DNA from: a virus
Lineage: Duplodnaviria; Caudoviricetes
IMG/VR virus record: IMGVR_UViG_3300049472_000149
Span: 1-24,330 of that record
Reading direction: 5' to 3' (one strand)
DNA: 24,330 nt
Part shown: one piece after another, positions 23,830 to 24,330 of the stretch
Numbering within the stretch: the stretch's first letter is position 1
How the letters are laid out: each line of letters begins with the position of its first letter
Notes under the pieces: generated by a model
Told to the model about the DNA's origin: nothing
Seen by the model: the letters and a program-made list of their open reading frames with translations, nothing else
Database searches by the model: none
Translations under genes and position numbers: made by a program

Positions 23830-24330
23830 TGGCTACATCGTATCAATTAAATTCAAGTGCGTTTTTTGGTGGCGGTTACGAAGGCAACGTCACAATAGCG
23901 GTCGCAACCGACCTTACCGAGACTAAATTTTATAGAAATCTTACCATTAATGACGATCTGAACCCCAAAGGGCACAAGATATTCGCCTCCCAGTCAATTG
24001 TAATTAACAATGCCAGCGGAATAACGGCATCTGGAGGTAATGCCTCCACTAGAATCGGAGGGGCTTCAGGAGTACCTAGCCCTCAGACATCTTGGTTTGG
24101 AACCACTAACACTGCACCAGATGGTAGAGATACAGGGTCCGGGACCGGTCTCGGCACTTCTGGAGGCACCCTCCAGGGCTGTCTTGGGGGTAGTGGTGGT
24201 GCCGGAGGCAGCGGTGGTACGGGTCCGACTGCCGGAGGAGCCGGTGGTGTTGCTGTGGCTCCAGCAGATCAAAACTGGAGAGAGGTTTTCAACCTTCTAG
24301 CAGGAGGCGTAGCTAATCGTCTCGATTCCG
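23829..24330 (+). CDS. Glycine-rich protein, probable fibre tip/adhesin (3'-truncated; not in ORF track)
   Basis: TAATG-coupled ATG at 23829; open to the window end: MATSYQLNSSAFFGGGYEGNVTIAVATDLTETKFYRNLTINDDLNPKGHKIFASQSIVINN...GCLGGSGGAGGSGGTGPTAGGAGG... Confidence 0.75.
   Translation, partial: MATSYQLNSSAFFGGGYEGNVTIAVATDLTETKFYRNLTINDDLNPKGHKIFASQSIVINNASGITASGGNASTRIGGASGVPSPQTSWFGTTNTAPDGRDTGSGTGLGTSGGTLQGCLGGSGGAGGSGGTGPTAGGAGGVAVAPADQNWREVFNLLAGGVANRLDS

Noticed and set aside
329-24300. Numerous short minus-strand and alternative-frame ORFs in the track (e.g. 1820..2518, 13493..13972, 24040..24300)
   Set aside because: All lie within long coupled plus-strand genes, show shadow-ORF composition and have no recognisable motifs.
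1-24330. Alternative genetic code (TAG or TGA recoding) seen in some large phages
   Set aside because: Standard code gives near-complete coding density; TAG ends genes at sensible boundaries and no genes appear fragmented by TGA.
1-24330. Diversity-generating retroelement, CRISPR array, invertible fibre cassette, intron or intein
   Set aside because: No reverse transcriptase, recombinase or homing nuclease ORF, no nucleotide-level repeat pairs or arrays noticed, and no non-coding space; repeats are visible only at protein level.
1-24330. Classical eCIS (Afp/PVC) or T6SS locus
   Set aside because: No AAA+ ATPase, DUF4255-like, PAAR, Tss or effector genes recognisable, and gene order with a long tape-measure-like gene is phage-like; not fully excluded because capsid and terminase genes are outside the window.

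Overview
Densely packed, all plus-strand virion morphogenesis module, most consistent with a large contractile-tailed phage (myovirus, possibly jumbo) or its prophage; a contractile injection system cannot be excluded from this window alone. Gene order: C-terminal part of a tape-measure-like protein, baseplate hub, central spike, small basic protein, a tube-initiator/LysM/gp25-like fusion, a giant 2326-aa baseplate-J-like wedge protein with an inserted seven-blade Kelch propeller, three small genes (one missed by the ORF track), a 1624-aa second wedge protein with nested Ig-like/Kelch/LamG domains, a tail-tube-like protein, a 594-aa structural protein and a truncated glycine-rich protein (also missed by the ORF track). 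Most notable points: (i) every intergenic gap of 14 nt or more contains AATCTT 6-8 nt before the start codon, while almost all other junctions are TAATG overlaps; (ii) both wedge proteins carry Kelch beta-propellers and share small repeated modules, suggesting a baseplate with adhesin domains built into its core scaffold. All product calls come from motif recognition by eye and synteny, not from database searches.
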